DNA from: Phoronis australis
Taxonomy: Eukaryota; Animalia; Phoronida
DNA length: 64,000 nucleotides
Reading direction: 5' to 3'
Assembly: GCA_002633005.1 (NCBI GenBank)
Contig: NMRA01000074.1
Location: 897,097 to 961,096, forward strand
The translations under genes and the position numbers were made by a program. Positions 12,801 to 24,700 of the stretch are shown one piece after another. Each line of letters begins with the position of its first letter. Position 1 is the stretch's first letter. Under the pieces are notes generated by a model. It made no database searches. It saw nothing but the letters and a program-made list of their open reading frames with translations, and was not told the origin of the DNA.

Positions 12801-15800
12801 TTGCGAGGTCTAACTTATTACCTGTTTCAACTATGGCCTTGGTGTAGTCTTCACTCCCATCTCCATACCTGTCTCTATAATACTCGTCAAGCTCGCGCTC
12901 CAAGTCTGTGACTTACAAAATCTCGAACCGCCATTGCATACATATTGTACTTTCGACTGATCAACATATTCCACTGAAAGCGTCACTTGGCGGGAAACCA
13001 AAAAGTCATAATTTCTCTTTAAAATTCAAATTTCCTCAATTATTTCCCAAAATATGTCTAGTCTTTGTGTTACAAATTAGTAAACGACATGGTCTGAAGC
13101 CTCAAAAAGTGCAAAAATCCATTGTAGGAACGCTTTAAACATAAGTATGCGAACAATAAGATTCATAAAAACAACTCGCAGATGTTATCCTATTAGTCCT
13201 TTAAAATCTCGATACACGCACGTACAAATGTACTTTGAATTCCACATTAGGTCCTAAGATGGCCTGTATCCAATATGCAAAAGATTGGGATTTTTCTAAT
13301 GACACTCATCAGAAGCAAGCGTTAAATTAATACATTTTATCACCTACATAATTATTTCTTGATAATTTAATTTACAATGGTGAGATCAACATCAAGGAAG
13401 CACTTAACAGTTGCTTACCATTCTTCTGTTTTTCAGCATCAGTGCACTCGGTGGGAAGCGGCGTCTGTCGTATACAGGTATGACCAGCTTCTCGGTCTCC
13501 CGTGCATGGGCCCAAGTCGGAGACTTTGATATTGTCCGGAACTCTCTTCGTTTGCGTACAATTGTAGGGATACAACGTCTTGTCGAGACAATAGTAATAT
13601 CGGCAGTCGTTATCAGTATCCCGGATGTGCTTCATGTTGGTGACATCATTGCAACCTGAAACAGTTCCGCAAATCTAGTTCTGGTAAGCAGAGAAGTTGC
13701 CGTACATGCGATTGTCAGGGGTGGATCAAGGATTTTGAGTTAGGGGGCCCAGGATAGAGTATTATCCAGGATTTTGCCCGTAAGATATTCGCAACCCCGA
13801 ACTACTAAGTGGAATCTGGAGAATTTTGCGGGGCATCAATGGCCCTCTTAGCCCCCCATCCGCCACTGAATGTATAGTGGCTATTAAGATTACTTGTGAT
13901 CCTAGGAGAATATTCAAATTTGGCTAAATTTCATATCTCAAAAATGGCTGCTTTGGTTAATATAATTTTTTGACACCATGCTTTGTTGCATCCTTCCCTG
14001 AAATGATTTTATTAATTTCTTTTTAAGAATCAAAAATAGAACGTTCATGACTTTATAAAAATTGAAGTAAAACAAAAATAAAACGAAACAAAATCTTAGA
14101 AATCAGAAACAGAATTTTTTGAAGTCTCATCTGATATCAAATAAAATGTGGATATGTTATTGAAACCGTTCCTTCGCTATCAACGTTCCCTTTGTTTTTT
14201 TGTTTAATTTCACTAAAACGTCATGATCACGTCACCAATTCCAAGGTAGATTGGTAAAAAGTCCACAGTCAAGTTCTACTGGCTTTCTAGTAAGTTTCAG
14301 AAAATATATCTTTGTTGTTTTGTAGATATTTCGCAAAATACATAAACTTGTCAGCAGGGTCCTACATGTACATAACCCTAAGGCTTGACGCACTTAAATG
14401 GGGAAACAGCACTTCTGTGAAATCTGTGAAACACGTTTTAAAAAAGTGGTCAATGATTTTCAGTAAATCTACTTGTTCTTTGTCTTCGCCAATTGCCTCA
14501 TCTAACTCGTCACGGAAAATAACTTTATTCGTCCAAATTTTAAAAATCAGCTATTTAGTGAACAAATGAAAATCAAACTAAAGCGCTTTAAGAGGCGGCA
14601 CTTATCGAACTCGAAAGAAAACCTTAGAAATGAAGTCACCGAAGAGAGTATCACTCAAGTCGACGACACTCATGATAAATAGATCTAGGCCTAGCTGATG
14701 ACACTGACGCTAAGAACAACGACAATGCACTCATGCCAACTTATTGACAATGACGTCACAGTACAACTAATGACAACAACACCACTCCCAGTGACAATGA
14801 CTCTGCTTTAATTCACAGAAGACTGATACCCGACTGCCGACGACGACAGCAACAGCAACTGAATGGCGGACGTGGCCATTGATCGTATTAATACCCGGCA
14901 GTTTGCGTACGACGTCCACAGCAACCCCTTTGCATAGACACCGGCGCAAAAGGCTAACCACTAGAACGTTACGTCACTGGCGAGCTGGGGAGACCATCCA
15001 CCCACCCACAGCCGCGACGTCATCTGTGTCATCGCACCCAAAGGATCATTCGATAACTAAAACGTCGATGCACAGGCAACGGAATGTATGGGCCGTTCTT
15101 TGGTAGGCCGGAATTCGTCAGAGAAATCACTGTCGACGAAATGCCGGCCACAGACACGGAGATGTTTTACGCCCTCACACTGGCTATTAACAGCGTACTT
15201 TTCATTCTTCACTACCACGAGCCACTTCCTAAGCATTTCGGGCTCTCGAGGAAGTCAAAAAATACGATATACCAGCTTTCTTCGCAGCTTCATAGTTCGG
15301 ACAAGCAAGAACGATGCGATGCAATATAAGGGCATTCACTCTGCAGATGAACCACTGACGTCGCTGCGCAGTTTCTCACCTTCCTCACAGGTTAACGCGA
15401 CACCTCTCGGTAAGATGAAGTCGACTGTATAAGAGGCGATGTGGATATAGATCGAGTAAGACGGTAAAAAGGCTAATTAAATCGAGTGGCGTTCTCCTTT
15501 AAGGCTAATTGTAATACATTTTTTTAAATATGCTGTTTAGACACATTGGCCTGCACATTCAGCAAAAATTGTTTCGGTTTCAAATAAACTCAATTTAGCA
15601 CAGTTCTTGCTTTTTAGTGAAAGAACGTCGGTTTGGAATCGGTGTTACCAACACGTATGGTTTTATGTGCAACCTGTCAATCAAATCAAATCAAATCTCC
15701 CGCCAATGCCCCCCCCTCACCACCACTGTGCAACTTACTGTTGTCTGCCAACCACACACTCTGCTTGTTAAACCTATTGTTTAAGGTATGGTCTCAAAAC

Positions 15801-17500
15801 TCCGAACACTTTTATTCATTATTATGTTAGACTGTGAAGGAAAATATGCAAGGGTGACGTTTGCGTGTAAACCAACAACAGGCAAGACAAGAATGCCCGC
15901 TTCAGTAGAAGTAAAACGTAGGTGGAACCCCAAAGCGACCAAAATGCCTGCAGCAGAAGTTTGCCCACCGAACGCGGTTTCGTTTGGATTAGGAACATCG
16001 CCGAGACTTCAGAAAAATAATAAAACTCTAACGAGTTAAACTCAAGTTCTTATCTTTGACAAAGAAATCGAGAAGAAAACGATGATCGTTTTCGACTGTT
16101 GACACAATTTTGCGCTTCTCAGCAATTGCTCCAGTGGTTGAGCACGGTTACAAACTTCGAACCCGTTATCTCGAGAAGAGTTCACTGAATTTCCTGACAA
16201 CTCAAAATCTTAAAGTAAGTACCGATATCAGATTTGTATTCCCTTCATTTTTCATGTTTTACTAAAAATCAACTGTCATGGTTTACTTAATCGTCATTTT
16301 TTATGTTTATTTAAAAATCAAGTGTAATGTTTTCCTTTTAAAAGTGCTTCCTAAACACTGAACGAATTCTTACATCTAAAATATTGGTTGCCAGTTATGA
16401 AAACGATTTTAGTTTGTTTTTATCAAAGTTTCAACACAAAAAGGTTGTTGTCAATTTCAGGAGTAGATTCGTGTCGACCCTAGCAGTGCTGTAGTGGTAA
16501 AATGAGAGATAAGTAGGCGCCTAAAGCCCGCCGTATCACCTTGAACACTGAACGTAACTTACGGTGGGTAGGCGCTACGTTTAAATGCCAAAAGGTGGTT
16601 GGCTGCACCTACGTGCGCCTACGACCCACTACAGCACTGGACCCTAGTTTCAGAAAATATACCGTTATGAGCTAACAGACGTTGCACACTTAGAAATTCA
16701 AGAAGACTGCAATTTAATTATGGTGCACGTGACAATATGTGACGCGCTTATCTTATTCACGTCAGGTTAGAACATAAACTCCTTCATAACAGTTTATGAA
16801 ACAAACGGCGATATCCCATTCCTTGGATTTGTTACATGTACCTATGCTTAAAAACGAACAAGAATACGGTTTTCAAAAATTCGCCGATACTTTGTGAGCT
16901 TTTTGGACTTAAGAGTGCGGCGCTTGCCAGATAATGTTTAATCAAACGATAAGTACAACTAATTTATGAAGAACAATGAACGTCGGTCGTTTTTACCTGA
17001 ACCACCAAACTAATTTGAAAAAATAAAATGTTTTAAATTTTTCAAAAATATTGATTTCATGTTGAAAGAGTCTTTCGCGAACATACTTTTTACTGAATTT
17101 GTTTGTGTTAAAATTCGTTTTATGGAGGTCTTGACTAAAATGAGAAGATGGGATCTTAGAAACAGCAATAAACTGGCTTTCTGTCAATGAACGAAATTGA
17201 CTTTAAATTGATTTTACAAAGCCAATCTCAACTTCTTCCTTGGTTCCTCGGCTTCGAATAAGCTGACACTTCGCCAATGCTACACATCATACTGAACGCA
17301 AGAGATGGTCCGCCATGACAAACCTCTGTGTCGCAAGCCCCGTAAGACACTAAAATCAAAACCTGTTTTTGTGAATGCCCAGCTCAGCGATTACACGGAA
17401 CATAGCTATACTTACACTTTATGGGCTTCATATCTGCTTGCGACATCCCGTATGACGCCGGAGCGAGAACTACACAAATTGTTATCAAAAGCGTGAACAT
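9680..17500 (-). CDS. Secreted 237-aa protein: signal peptide + CBM14/chitin-binding-like 8-Cys module + acidic Tyr-rich linker + Ly6/uPAR (three-finger) domain; 5 exons
   Basis: Exons are 17500-17416, 13655-13419, 12905-12822, 10418-10287 and 9855-9680. All four introns are GT-AG and phase 1, totalling 714 nt with no internal stop. Protein: MFTLLITICVVLAPASYGMSQADMKPIKCCNDVTNMKHIRDTDNDCRYYYCLDKTLYPYNCTQTKRVPDNIKVSDLGPCTGDREAGHTCIRQTPLPTECTDAEKQKNDLERELDEYYRDRYGDGSEDYTKAIVETVTAGKCYSCNCQLDGEGGDPNCCNVTLGATITSSTCNGFCFVREDDLEGGRYLYRGCTTEFPLLLVNTGKNCEAQSFRQETVKWWFCDGDNCNTKNMDTLCP*. Confidence 0.8.
10287..10418 (-). CDS. Secreted protein exon 4 (N-terminal half of LU domain)
   Basis: ttttgcttttcag| ... 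|gtaagc, 132 nt, phase 1-1; encodes KCYSCNC...NCC...TCNGFCFVRE. Confidence 0.85.
10670..11330 (-). mobile_element. Non-autonomous interspersed element, inverted homolog of 25999-26877, inside intron 3 of the secreted-protein gene
   Basis: Long reverse-complement identity with 26160-26877, e.g. ATACCACAATATTAGCGTCAAATGGCA vs TGCCATTTGACGCCAATATTGTGGTAT and TTTCCCGGTCGAAGCTTAGCGTGA vs TCACGCTAAGCTTCGACCGGGAAA. It retains only one arm of the terminal palindrome. Confidence 0.8.
11447..11578. repeat. Dispersed repeat, direct copy at about 19987-20108
   Basis: Shared GAATTTCCCGTCACAATAYACTAACCGRAAACTGAAA...GCCTCCTCTAGG...GAGTTGCGA..CTGTTGTCTAYAATCTATGA. Confidence 0.7.
12822..12905 (-). CDS. Secreted protein exon 3 (acidic/Tyr-rich linker)
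   Basis: cacag|AC ... ACAG|gtaata, 84 nt, phase 1-1; encodes DLERELDEYYRDRYGDGSEDYTKAIVET. Confidence 0.7.
13419..13655 (-). CDS. Secreted protein exon 2 (chitin-binding type-2-like cysteine module)
   Basis: tgtttcag|GT ... AATG|gtaagc, 237 nt, phase 1-1. The pattern C-x15-C-RYYY-C-x5-YPYN-C-x17-C resembles CBM14/peritrophin-A spacing and aromatic residues. Confidence 0.8.
13716..13868. mobile_element. Short MITE with CAG(G/T)GG(T/C)GGAT-type termini
   Basis: 5' CAGGGGTGGAT ... 3' ATCCGCCACTG with G/C-run subtermini; no clear TSD. Confidence 0.5.
16484..16639. mobile_element. hAT-family MITE with perfect 8-bp TSD
   Basis: TIRs CAGTGCTGTAGTGG / CCACTACAGCACTG are flanked on both sides by GACCCTAG. 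A second copy lies at 57048-57199. Confidence 0.85.
17416..17500 (-). CDS. Secreted protein exon 1 (signal peptide)
   Basis: aaATG start; hydrophobic MFTLLITICVVLAPASYG with an S-Y-G (-3,-1) cleavage site. The donor T|gtaagt is phase 1 and joins GT to give Cys. Confidence 0.8.
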
Positions 17501-17555
17501 TTCTGATGCTCTGGATTTCTCAGTGGTCGACACGAAGCAAATTCAAATTTAACAC

Positions 17556-17586
17556 GGACTGTTGAAAGTAACACGCCTCTTTTATA
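17556..17586 (-). promoter_or_regulatory. TATA box and Inr-like element of the secreted-protein gene
   Basis: Minus-strand TATAAAAAG begins at 17586, with CAGT about 26 nt downstream (17561-17558) and about 60 nt upstream of the ATG. Confidence 0.55.
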
Positions 17587-18498
17587 AACGTTTCACAACG
17601 GCGCCATGGAAACACTTGACGTTTTATTGGAATGCGCTCTCCCATCTACAACATTTGTTTCAAAAGTTATGATTGTTTTAAAATTCGCATTATGCAAACG
17701 TGCTCACAAAATCACAAGCTGACAGTTGTTTTGTATTCATTTAATATAACTGTTTCCCAATTGTTCGCGACAAGTGATTAGAAGCTATTTCTAATTAAAA
17801 CTATATTCAGCGACAACAACAATTAGCCTGAAACCAGTGTCACTAACCGTTCAAGGAATAAATTATAATTGTTTGTCTTAATGGCCGGCGTAGCAGCCAA
17901 GGAGTGCGGGGGTGGAATGATGCGTCTATGTCGGCCCTCTTCAAAGTAAAATGCCCCAAGATGGCCACTGATTTTAATCCCCATAGTCGCCAACAATGTC
18001 GTGTTTAGCTCGTGCCCTCCCGGTGAATATTTCTGGCTATGCCAGAGTGGTGTTTAAACTTTGGAAATTGTCGTACATGTAAGTCGTAATAATTGTTCCT
18101 GGATGAAAGTAACACGCGAAATAATTGTTCCTGGAGGAAACTATCACGCGAAACATTAAAGAAACAATTTAACCTTGCAAACTGTCGTTCGAATTCGTTG
18201 GTTTACCGAAACTCAGTGCGAGATCTCAGGATATTTAGTATCACGAGGGGGAGGCCGACCTTTACTCAGATATTAGCAAAAGTCCCAAAAAACTATCTGT
18301 GTTTTTTGCCCCTCCTCTTTATATTCCTTTTGCTGGAGCGCAGATGAGCTGCTTTGGGATGAGCTCAGCTCAAAGCTTTGTGGTGGTTACCTGCAGACAG
18401 CGAGTAAAATGCTCATTGACCTGCTGCTTACGTTCGCAGTAAACAGCGCAAATGTAAAACATGAGCAAACGAAAGGGATGTGTGTCTTGTGGTCAGGC

Positions 18499-18768
18499 GA
18501 TGTAATAAATATTATGTTCATTCACTACTGAGTGTAAGATGTAATAAATATTATGTTCATTCACTACTGAGTGTAAGATGTAATAAATATTATGTTCATT
18601 CACTACTGAGTGTAAGATGTAATAAATATTATGTTCATTCACTACTGAGTGTAAGATGTAATAAATATTATGTTCATTCACTGAGTGTAAGATGTAATAA
18701 ATATTATGTTCATTCACTACTGAGTGTAAGATGTGATAAATATTATGTTCATTCACTACTGAGTGTAA
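18499..18768. repeat. Minisatellite, 7 copies of a 39-bp unit (one copy 36 bp)
   Basis: Unit GATGTAATAAATATTATGTTCATTCACTACTGAGTGTAA, head-to-tail with no spacers. Confidence 0.95.
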
Positions 18769-21700
18769 TTCGATAAACACTTAGCTTGCCTGCATGCTGT
18801 TGGGGTCCACGTTGACCAAGTTAATGAACTCCAGTTAGTGAGATAGTTACTCACCCATCGCGAGGTAAAATCCTAAGCTAAAACTTCAATTTTTCTCAAG
18901 TCCTTTTCAAGAAAGGATATCCTAAGTTTGACCTAAAATTTTTACTTAAGTTTTGTCTCAATTTCGACTAACTTAACGGATGTGGAAGTTTCAAATTTTG
19001 AATGTTGAGTCATATCTTAGAATTAAGCAAAAAATGAATTTAAGCCAGTTTCTTAGAACAGGTCCCTGAAATGCCAACTTCGCTATCACTCCGCTGAGTT
19101 TGCGCCGAGCTTGAATGGCATTTGTCTGCATTTGTGTTCGTTTGTTTGCTCCGGTGTTAGTTCTTGCTGCTACGTGATTTATTGTTAATGAAAGTGTTTT
19201 GCAATTTCGCCCATTTTCAACTGACTTGCATCAAGTTCATATCCCTAGAGAGTCCGTTTTTACTTCTTGATGGCGTATGATTTTTCCAGATGCAAAAGAT
19301 AAGTTATTTAGTTCATAAACAATCATCATTTTTGCATACCTGACAGATTTAAAAAATACCATATAATTCTGAAAACCAAGAGTGTTACCAAATTGTGAAT
19401 AATATCAGGGTGTAATAAACTAGAATGGTTACACAAATGACTAGTTAAAAAGCAGGGAAATAATTTATACGATTGAAACGAGTTTTACCCAATAAAGACA
19501 AAGATTTTAGAGCACGGATCTCCCACAGTTGCTGTGAAGAATTTAGTCAGGCGTTCATCCATCCATCCATCATAATATATTATTTGAAACTTCGGTGCAA
19601 TTTGATACAAAAACATTTTTCAGGCAAAACGTGATTAACTACTGTAAATACTCCAACTACCTAACTGAAATTAGCATATAAAGGTGTTTGGTAAACAAAA
19701 ATGGGCAAACATCTATAATTGTGTAGCTTTGAAACGTACAGTGGATAGGCCATAACATGGGAAGCAGTGGAAGAAATATATTAGTGACCCTTATACATGT
19801 ACATGTAGTGTATGCTACCGCAAACAAGAAAAACTTGAACACCTTTTTATGTATTTTAAGTTACTAAAGAAAGTGGACTCTGGTAAATAACGATATTCAC
19901 GAAGAGTCAATGGTATTTAGAACACTTCCTGCGTAGCTGTCATTCGAAACAACTGGAGTGAAATTTGATACTTCCAGACAAAAAGCGAATTTCCCGTCAC
20001 AATACACTAACCGGAAACTGAAACAAATAATTTATTAAAGTGGCGCCTCCTCTAGGTTAGTACACAAGAAAATGTCTGAGTTGCGAGACTGTTGTCTACA
20101 ATCTATGATGTAAATCAGTTGTTTGATAATTGGACGGAACGCGTGTTTATAAAGGATTTTTCATGTGGCGAGTAACTGTTGTATGTTGTGAGTACAAGAC
20201 AGTTTAAACCTGGTAAGCGTTTGATAACCCCATCATTAAAGATGCATGTACATGTATGAGATCGAGTCGGAGCTCCGTCGTAATCTCGAGTTTGCCGCTC
20301 GAATCTCAGGATCATCCAATATAAACCTGGACTGGAATTCCATTTACGTAAATAATATAAAGATCATACGCGCACCCAGCCTTTAGATTGTTGGGCTCGA
20401 ATTTCTGACCAAGTGCACCTCTTGCGTCTGCGCCTTTTTAGTGGACTGTTGTCTTACTTCCTGGGACTTTTTGTTTCTCTGATGCGGACCTTTTTGCCTA
20501 ATTCACAAAATGGGGGGATCCTTTGAGCCTCCCGAGCCCCCCGAGCCCCCCCTGGGTGAGCGCATGCAATCACGTTTATCTTGAGTTCGTATTACTGAAG
20601 CCGGTAGAATTATTGAACGTGTTGAAAAAGAACTTGGTGTTTAACCTCGAGTTCGGAGGTTGAACACCTGGCCCACACAAAACACCACCTCCGTGATTAC
20701 CTATACATATCATTTTAGTTTTAAAACGTTTGTCAATTTTATGGCGACAAGAAAGCATACTTTTTGTTACTTTGACTTTTACATGTCGGGATCGGCGTGC
20801 TGCAGCCGTCTCCACCTTTATGAATACCGATCATTCATTTATAGCCGGCTGCAATACTTTAAAGTTATCAAAAGACCACGAGGGTGGACTCTGGCTCCAA
20901 CAGGCTAGTTTTAGCCCTTAATTGTCCATAACAGCGAGGACAAATGAGCAGCGCTTATGGAGACGCGCAATGAAACAAAATGTTCTGCAAAGTTAATTTA
21001 CCACTTACAATTTATATGGTGATATATAAGTGTTGGTCAAAGGCCCGTAATCTTCAGATTTAAATGCAACCAAGCCAAGTTTCTCAGGCTCTCTCCCACC
21101 AAGCTGTTCATTAATTTACGTTTAAAATAATTCTAACTTCAAGACGTCAATCCATTTGAATTGCCCATCCAGCTTTCCCTTATTAATCCAAAAGTAGTCT
21201 TACTTAACTATGCGATACTGTACAACATACGTTTGACGGGCATCTAGCCGAGTGTGTAGTTCATCGTTTGCGTCGCGTATAAATATGAACAAGTGATCGC
21301 TTTATATTTAGGTGCTGAACGGAGCAAGGGTTTATGTGTACCATTTCTGTTCAGGATATCGTTTGTTCAAAGTGTAGCATATTTTGCATGTTTCCTGGTG
21401 TTGGTGGAAGCATATGAGGCTCTATGAGTACAGATGTAGTTTCCAAACGAGGTAAAACCACTTTGCGACAGCCGTAGTCAGTGTGTAGCTTAATGCGAAA
21501 CCAAAATTAAGTAGTTTCTGTGTGAAAATTCCTAAATAAAGGTCCATTTTTCCAAAATACACTGCAATACGTTTTGTCAGAAAACGTGTGGCAGAGAAAC
21601 GTCCTTCCGTTGGGACCCATCTTGACGGTGCTGACTAGAGAAGATAACGCGTATATTTTTCATTTATGTATTATAATACTCCTTTATCAGTATATTTAGC

Positions 21701-24700
21701 ACGGGAAGCCTATAAATTTTTCGACTGCGGCCACAGACTTATTACTGCGGCCGCAGACTTACGAAGAAACATAATACATTTTACCTCCCAACTTGACTTG
21801 TTCAACCTTAAAAGGATACCAAACCGGATTCGGCCAATTAACATATAACAAAACGTCTTTCCCATCCGGTTCTCTGGAACAAAATTTTGCTTTGTAACCC
21901 TCGACAACACTCAAAAGTTTGGAACACAATTTGAAAACTCCTGCCCGAAGTCTGCTAAACAGGCAAGCGTGACCTTAATTCACTTTAGGTGACTTACATG
22001 ACAACTCTAGGGAAAGACCACGCACCAAGAACAATAACATCCAATCTGTGACACAGTGACTATGAGTTTTAGTCGAGTCACGCTTCTATCATTCAAGTGG
22101 TACGACAACGATGTATTACTAGCGGGTGACAGGACGACTATTGGGTGTACTCTATCACCTTAACAGGGTTTAGTGTCCCTTTAAAATCAAGTGACCTTAA
22201 TGCAATCGATAAACTGGAACATGAACAATCAACAAAACGCATGCACAAATTAGCACGCATTTATCCCATTATCTCAACCTGGCGCGCCAATTTGTTATAC
22301 GGTAAACGACATTACCCTGAAACAATCTTATCACAAATACTCAGAAATTATGTTCATCCTCAGAGTGATCGCCAAGGACCTCAATCCGGATTTTCAAAGT
22401 ACACCCGGCCACGTGTCTTACCTCTTGCACGTGTTCTATAACGCCGTTAAAGGTAAAAGTGCGAAGTAGGCCTAGGTCTATCAAACACTCATAATAGCGC
22501 ACAGGACAACAACTTAAAAGAGCGCCCACAAAAGTAAATCTCTTGGGTAATGAGATTTCTTTCTCCTAGAACCACGCGGTAGGGCGTTTTCGCTAATATT
22601 GTTTTTTCTCACGCACTCGAGAATTCCTTTTTTACGAGCTTTACTTGATTCATACCCAACGCAAATTTGCTAACGCACTTCTTTTACCGTGTACCGCATA
22701 ATTGCGCTACTGTACATTATTGTGTTCAGTGTTACATGTACGTTGTGTCTTCAGTCAAAGTCTTTCATTGGCTATTTCACGTCCTTGAGATGTGTTAAGA
22801 AGGAAAACTGGCGACCTCTTCCCGTGGCAGTTGCATGTAAAGCATTTTAAGCGGTTACAAACCAACTCGAGACAACGGATACTACGGCCACTGTGTAGCG
22901 CTAGTGTTGACACTAACTTCATGTATGTGCGAATAATGCGCCTGTATAAGTGTTCTAACACACCAAGATGTCACTTACCGAATGTACGTTAATTTGGTCG
23001 ATTTACCAAATATTTTACCTGGCAAGTAACAGCCTCAGAAGACCTGGACCGACACCTTCACCCTCCGCGAAGAAGCCTTGGGACTGACAGCCACGCCAAA
23101 AGGAGGCAGCGCGAACGGCTCATGAGGAACATACCAGGTAGCATTCAACAACGCTAGGTGCCTCCCATGGACCTCACTAAAAACCAAGATTCGTAATATT
23201 ATGTGAGATACTGCCGTGTATTTTCAAAGAGAGCACGTGATTTTGGTTACATTTTCTTGTCGCGAGACAGCTGTTAAACTCTACAAAGATGTCATTTGAT
23301 TGTTTAAGGGCGACTGTATCCGTACCCAATAGCAGGTGGACCCAACCTTGCCGATGGTATAAAACTGACCTAAATCAATCGTCGCTAGCTCTCCTTATGA
23401 ACAGACGAGCGAAACTGACACTGCCACTATATATGTGACGCCAGTGCACGGTGGCAGTTGACACGTCCAGCGTTCAGACTCGGTGCAGAGTTCAACAGGT
23501 ACATCAACTTAGGATTCCTGCAATGCCTTAGATTTGACACAAAGCTCATTCTGTATTAGTTCTTCATAGTCTTTGGTCAATTTATAGTTACTCTTAAGTA
23601 ACCAACGTGATATTTGTGTCGTAGTTTTAATCTTTGTCACGTGATCTGGACTGTAGATTGTGATACAAGAAATGAACCGTATTTATCTGAACTCTTTTCC
23701 ACTTAACTTTCTGAATCTCTGGCGTCAAACTGGAGGTTATTTCAGGACACCACAGGAACTGGCATTTTGTATTTCCTCCAGACCAAGTCGTGACCTAAGG
23801 TTGAGTCAACTTGTCGATCGGACTGAAGAGAAAATTAACTGTCAGTAACTGTAACTGTAACTGTTGTTCCCTATCTCAGATATCGAGTGGCGGATTTAGA
23901 GGAGAGGAAAAGGCCGGACAAATGCACGCTTAAAAGTAAACCATATTCCATTTGGCAGTTAGGGGGTGCAAATTTCTGATGGGCAAAAACCTGGCTAATA
24001 CTCTGCCCCGCCCTCCCCCCTAACTCGAAATCCTCCTCCCCTGATATCACTTCAAACCTGAGAAGGAAACTCGACAAGACCAGTTTTATTTAACTGCAGG
24101 TGGCCTAAACAAAACTTGATTTTGACAAAAAGTGCGGGATTAAAGCCACTTTAATTTGGCGTGTTGTGTTCAAATGTTGCATAATGACTAAATGAACCAG
24201 TGTTGCAATGGTCTTGATGTGTGGTTGTTCAACACAAGGAATACATCGGATTTCTGGGATATTAGTTTATTGTTACATGTACTTTCGAAGTTTTCCACGA
24301 ATCTATGTTTCGTATTAATACACAAAAGAACGTGATCGAGTTATCATAGGGTACATACATGTACATGTGTGCTGACAAAGAATTTTACAGCATTACATTT
24401 CTTGGTAATGAAGTATGCAGTGAGGTCACGACATATCAGTTTACAAAGACTCATGATTTGTTTCATGAAGTGGTTTACGACGTGAGATTGAAATTCGGTT
24501 TTACGCTCCACACTATTTCTGAAAGTATGTAACTTTCACTGGAGAAAAAATGCAAAGGTCTCTGATAATATAAGTTTAAAAGCTACTTACCGAGAAATTA
24601 TGTAATAATTTTTTCCAGACTGTGATACGCTCAAAATACTACTTGGATATTTTTTCAGCAAGTGTGAAGTAGAAGCGTAGGATCAAATTTCTGTCTAAGT

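Noticed and set aside
18480-18780. CRISPR array or repeat proteins (ORFs 18480-18776 and 18493-18780)
   Set aside because: The units are contiguous with no unique spacers, no cas genes are present and the context is eukaryotic. The ORFs are open only because 39 is divisible by 3.
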